A program made the translations under genes and the position numbers. Shown here in pieces: positions 49,124 through 49,368 of a stretch of DNA of 49,368 nucleotides. Source of the stretch: a virus; the IMG/VR virus record IMGVR_UViG_3300034220_000009, positions 1 to 49,368 of that record; one strand, 5' to 3'. Numbering within the stretch: position 1 is the first letter of the stretch; every line of letters starts with the position of its first letter. The notes beneath the pieces were generated by a model, which worked only from the letters and a program-made list of their open reading frames with translations, did not search any database and was not told the DNA's origin.

Positions 49124-49368
49124 GCTGCTACCTCAATCGGATCCTTCACTATCAGGAAAGCGAAGCGTCCGGTAAGGAAGCCCTGCGCGCCGGCCAGCTG
49201 CAAACGGAAGGTGTTGGAAGTAGCCAATCCGAGCGGCGCTTGATTCATCGGATAGATGTAATCGTCATTAGGCATCGGATCAGTCCAGCTCCCACTCCAG
49301 TCTTCAGGCTTGCGGTACTTCGCGAAGAAGTAAGTCGGTGGATAGCCGAGATCGTGATCGACGATAAC
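49120..49368 (-). CDS. 3' part of the junction-spanning 274-aa ORF (see 1..703)
   Basis: The reading frame is continuous through the repeat: ...DDYIYPMNQAPLGLATSNTFRLQLAGAQGFLTGRFAFLIVKDPIEVAA, stop TGA at 49120..49122. Confidence 0.7.
   Translation of the reverse strand, partial: VIVDHDLGYPPTYFFAKYRKPEDWSGSWTDPMPNDDYIYPMNQAPLGLATSNTFRLQLAGAQGFLTGRFAFLIVKDPIEVAA
49242..49368. repeat. Terminal direct repeat, right copy (identical to 1..127)
   Basis: See the left copy. Confidence 0.95.

Overview
**Overview.** The window is a complete tailed dsDNA phage genome of about 49.2 kb. The contig ends carry an exact 127-bp direct repeat (1..127 = 49242..49368), and one ORF reads through the junction. 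The molecule is therefore circular or circularly permuted as assembled.

**Layout.**
- **Leftward block (about 29 kb, minus strand, 19760 -> 1 / 49241 -> 39649).** It holds a small regulator and moron-like genes, large terminase, portal, scaffold and major capsid. These are followed by two giant repeat-rich tail fibres, tail-type structural proteins, three probable internal/ejection proteins (330, 210 and 1346 aa) and a lysis cassette (M23 peptidase + amidase endolysin with five small membrane proteins). I recognise no sheath, tube or tape-measure-chaperone set, so I infer a podovirus-like virion.
- **Rightward block (about 19 kb, 20511..39586).** It starts with ten small early ORFs. A replication/recombination module follows: wHTH initiator-like protein, SF2 helicase, RNase H, DnaB, PD-(D/E)XK exonuclease and an SSB-like protein. 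It also carries a TrxR-like flavoprotein lacking CxxC, a J-domain protein, a HAD phosphatase, an HNH endonuclease and a secreted lytic transglycosylase.
- **Two-gene leftward island (23724..24591).**
- I saw no integrase, DNA polymerase, primase, RNA polymerase, tRNA or CRISPR array.

**Most unusual signals (non-coding).**
- A roughly 70-nt two-hairpin cassette is repeated five times, each copy starting exactly on the TAG stop codon of an early gene. The hairpin stems change sequence between copies while keeping their pairing.
- Two early ORFs are bracketed by perfect long-range inverted repeats, and both arms of each pair changed together.
- boxA-like UUUAACAA-type boxes follow hairpins upstream of early genes.
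- Two consensus sigma70-type promoters each carry a pair of TCCGCAC heptamers exactly 23 bp apart.
- Two genes have promoters placed for leaderless mRNAs, one of them under four GTGTACAC palindromes.
- The roughly 750-bp divergent control region holds an iteron array (ACCCCTGTTA) with A/T tracts.
- At protein level, the two adjacent fibre genes together contain about 40 copies of a 14-residue Q-T-G-x-x-R repeat.

**Limits.** All functional calls rest on motifs read by eye, gene order and size. No database search was possible.
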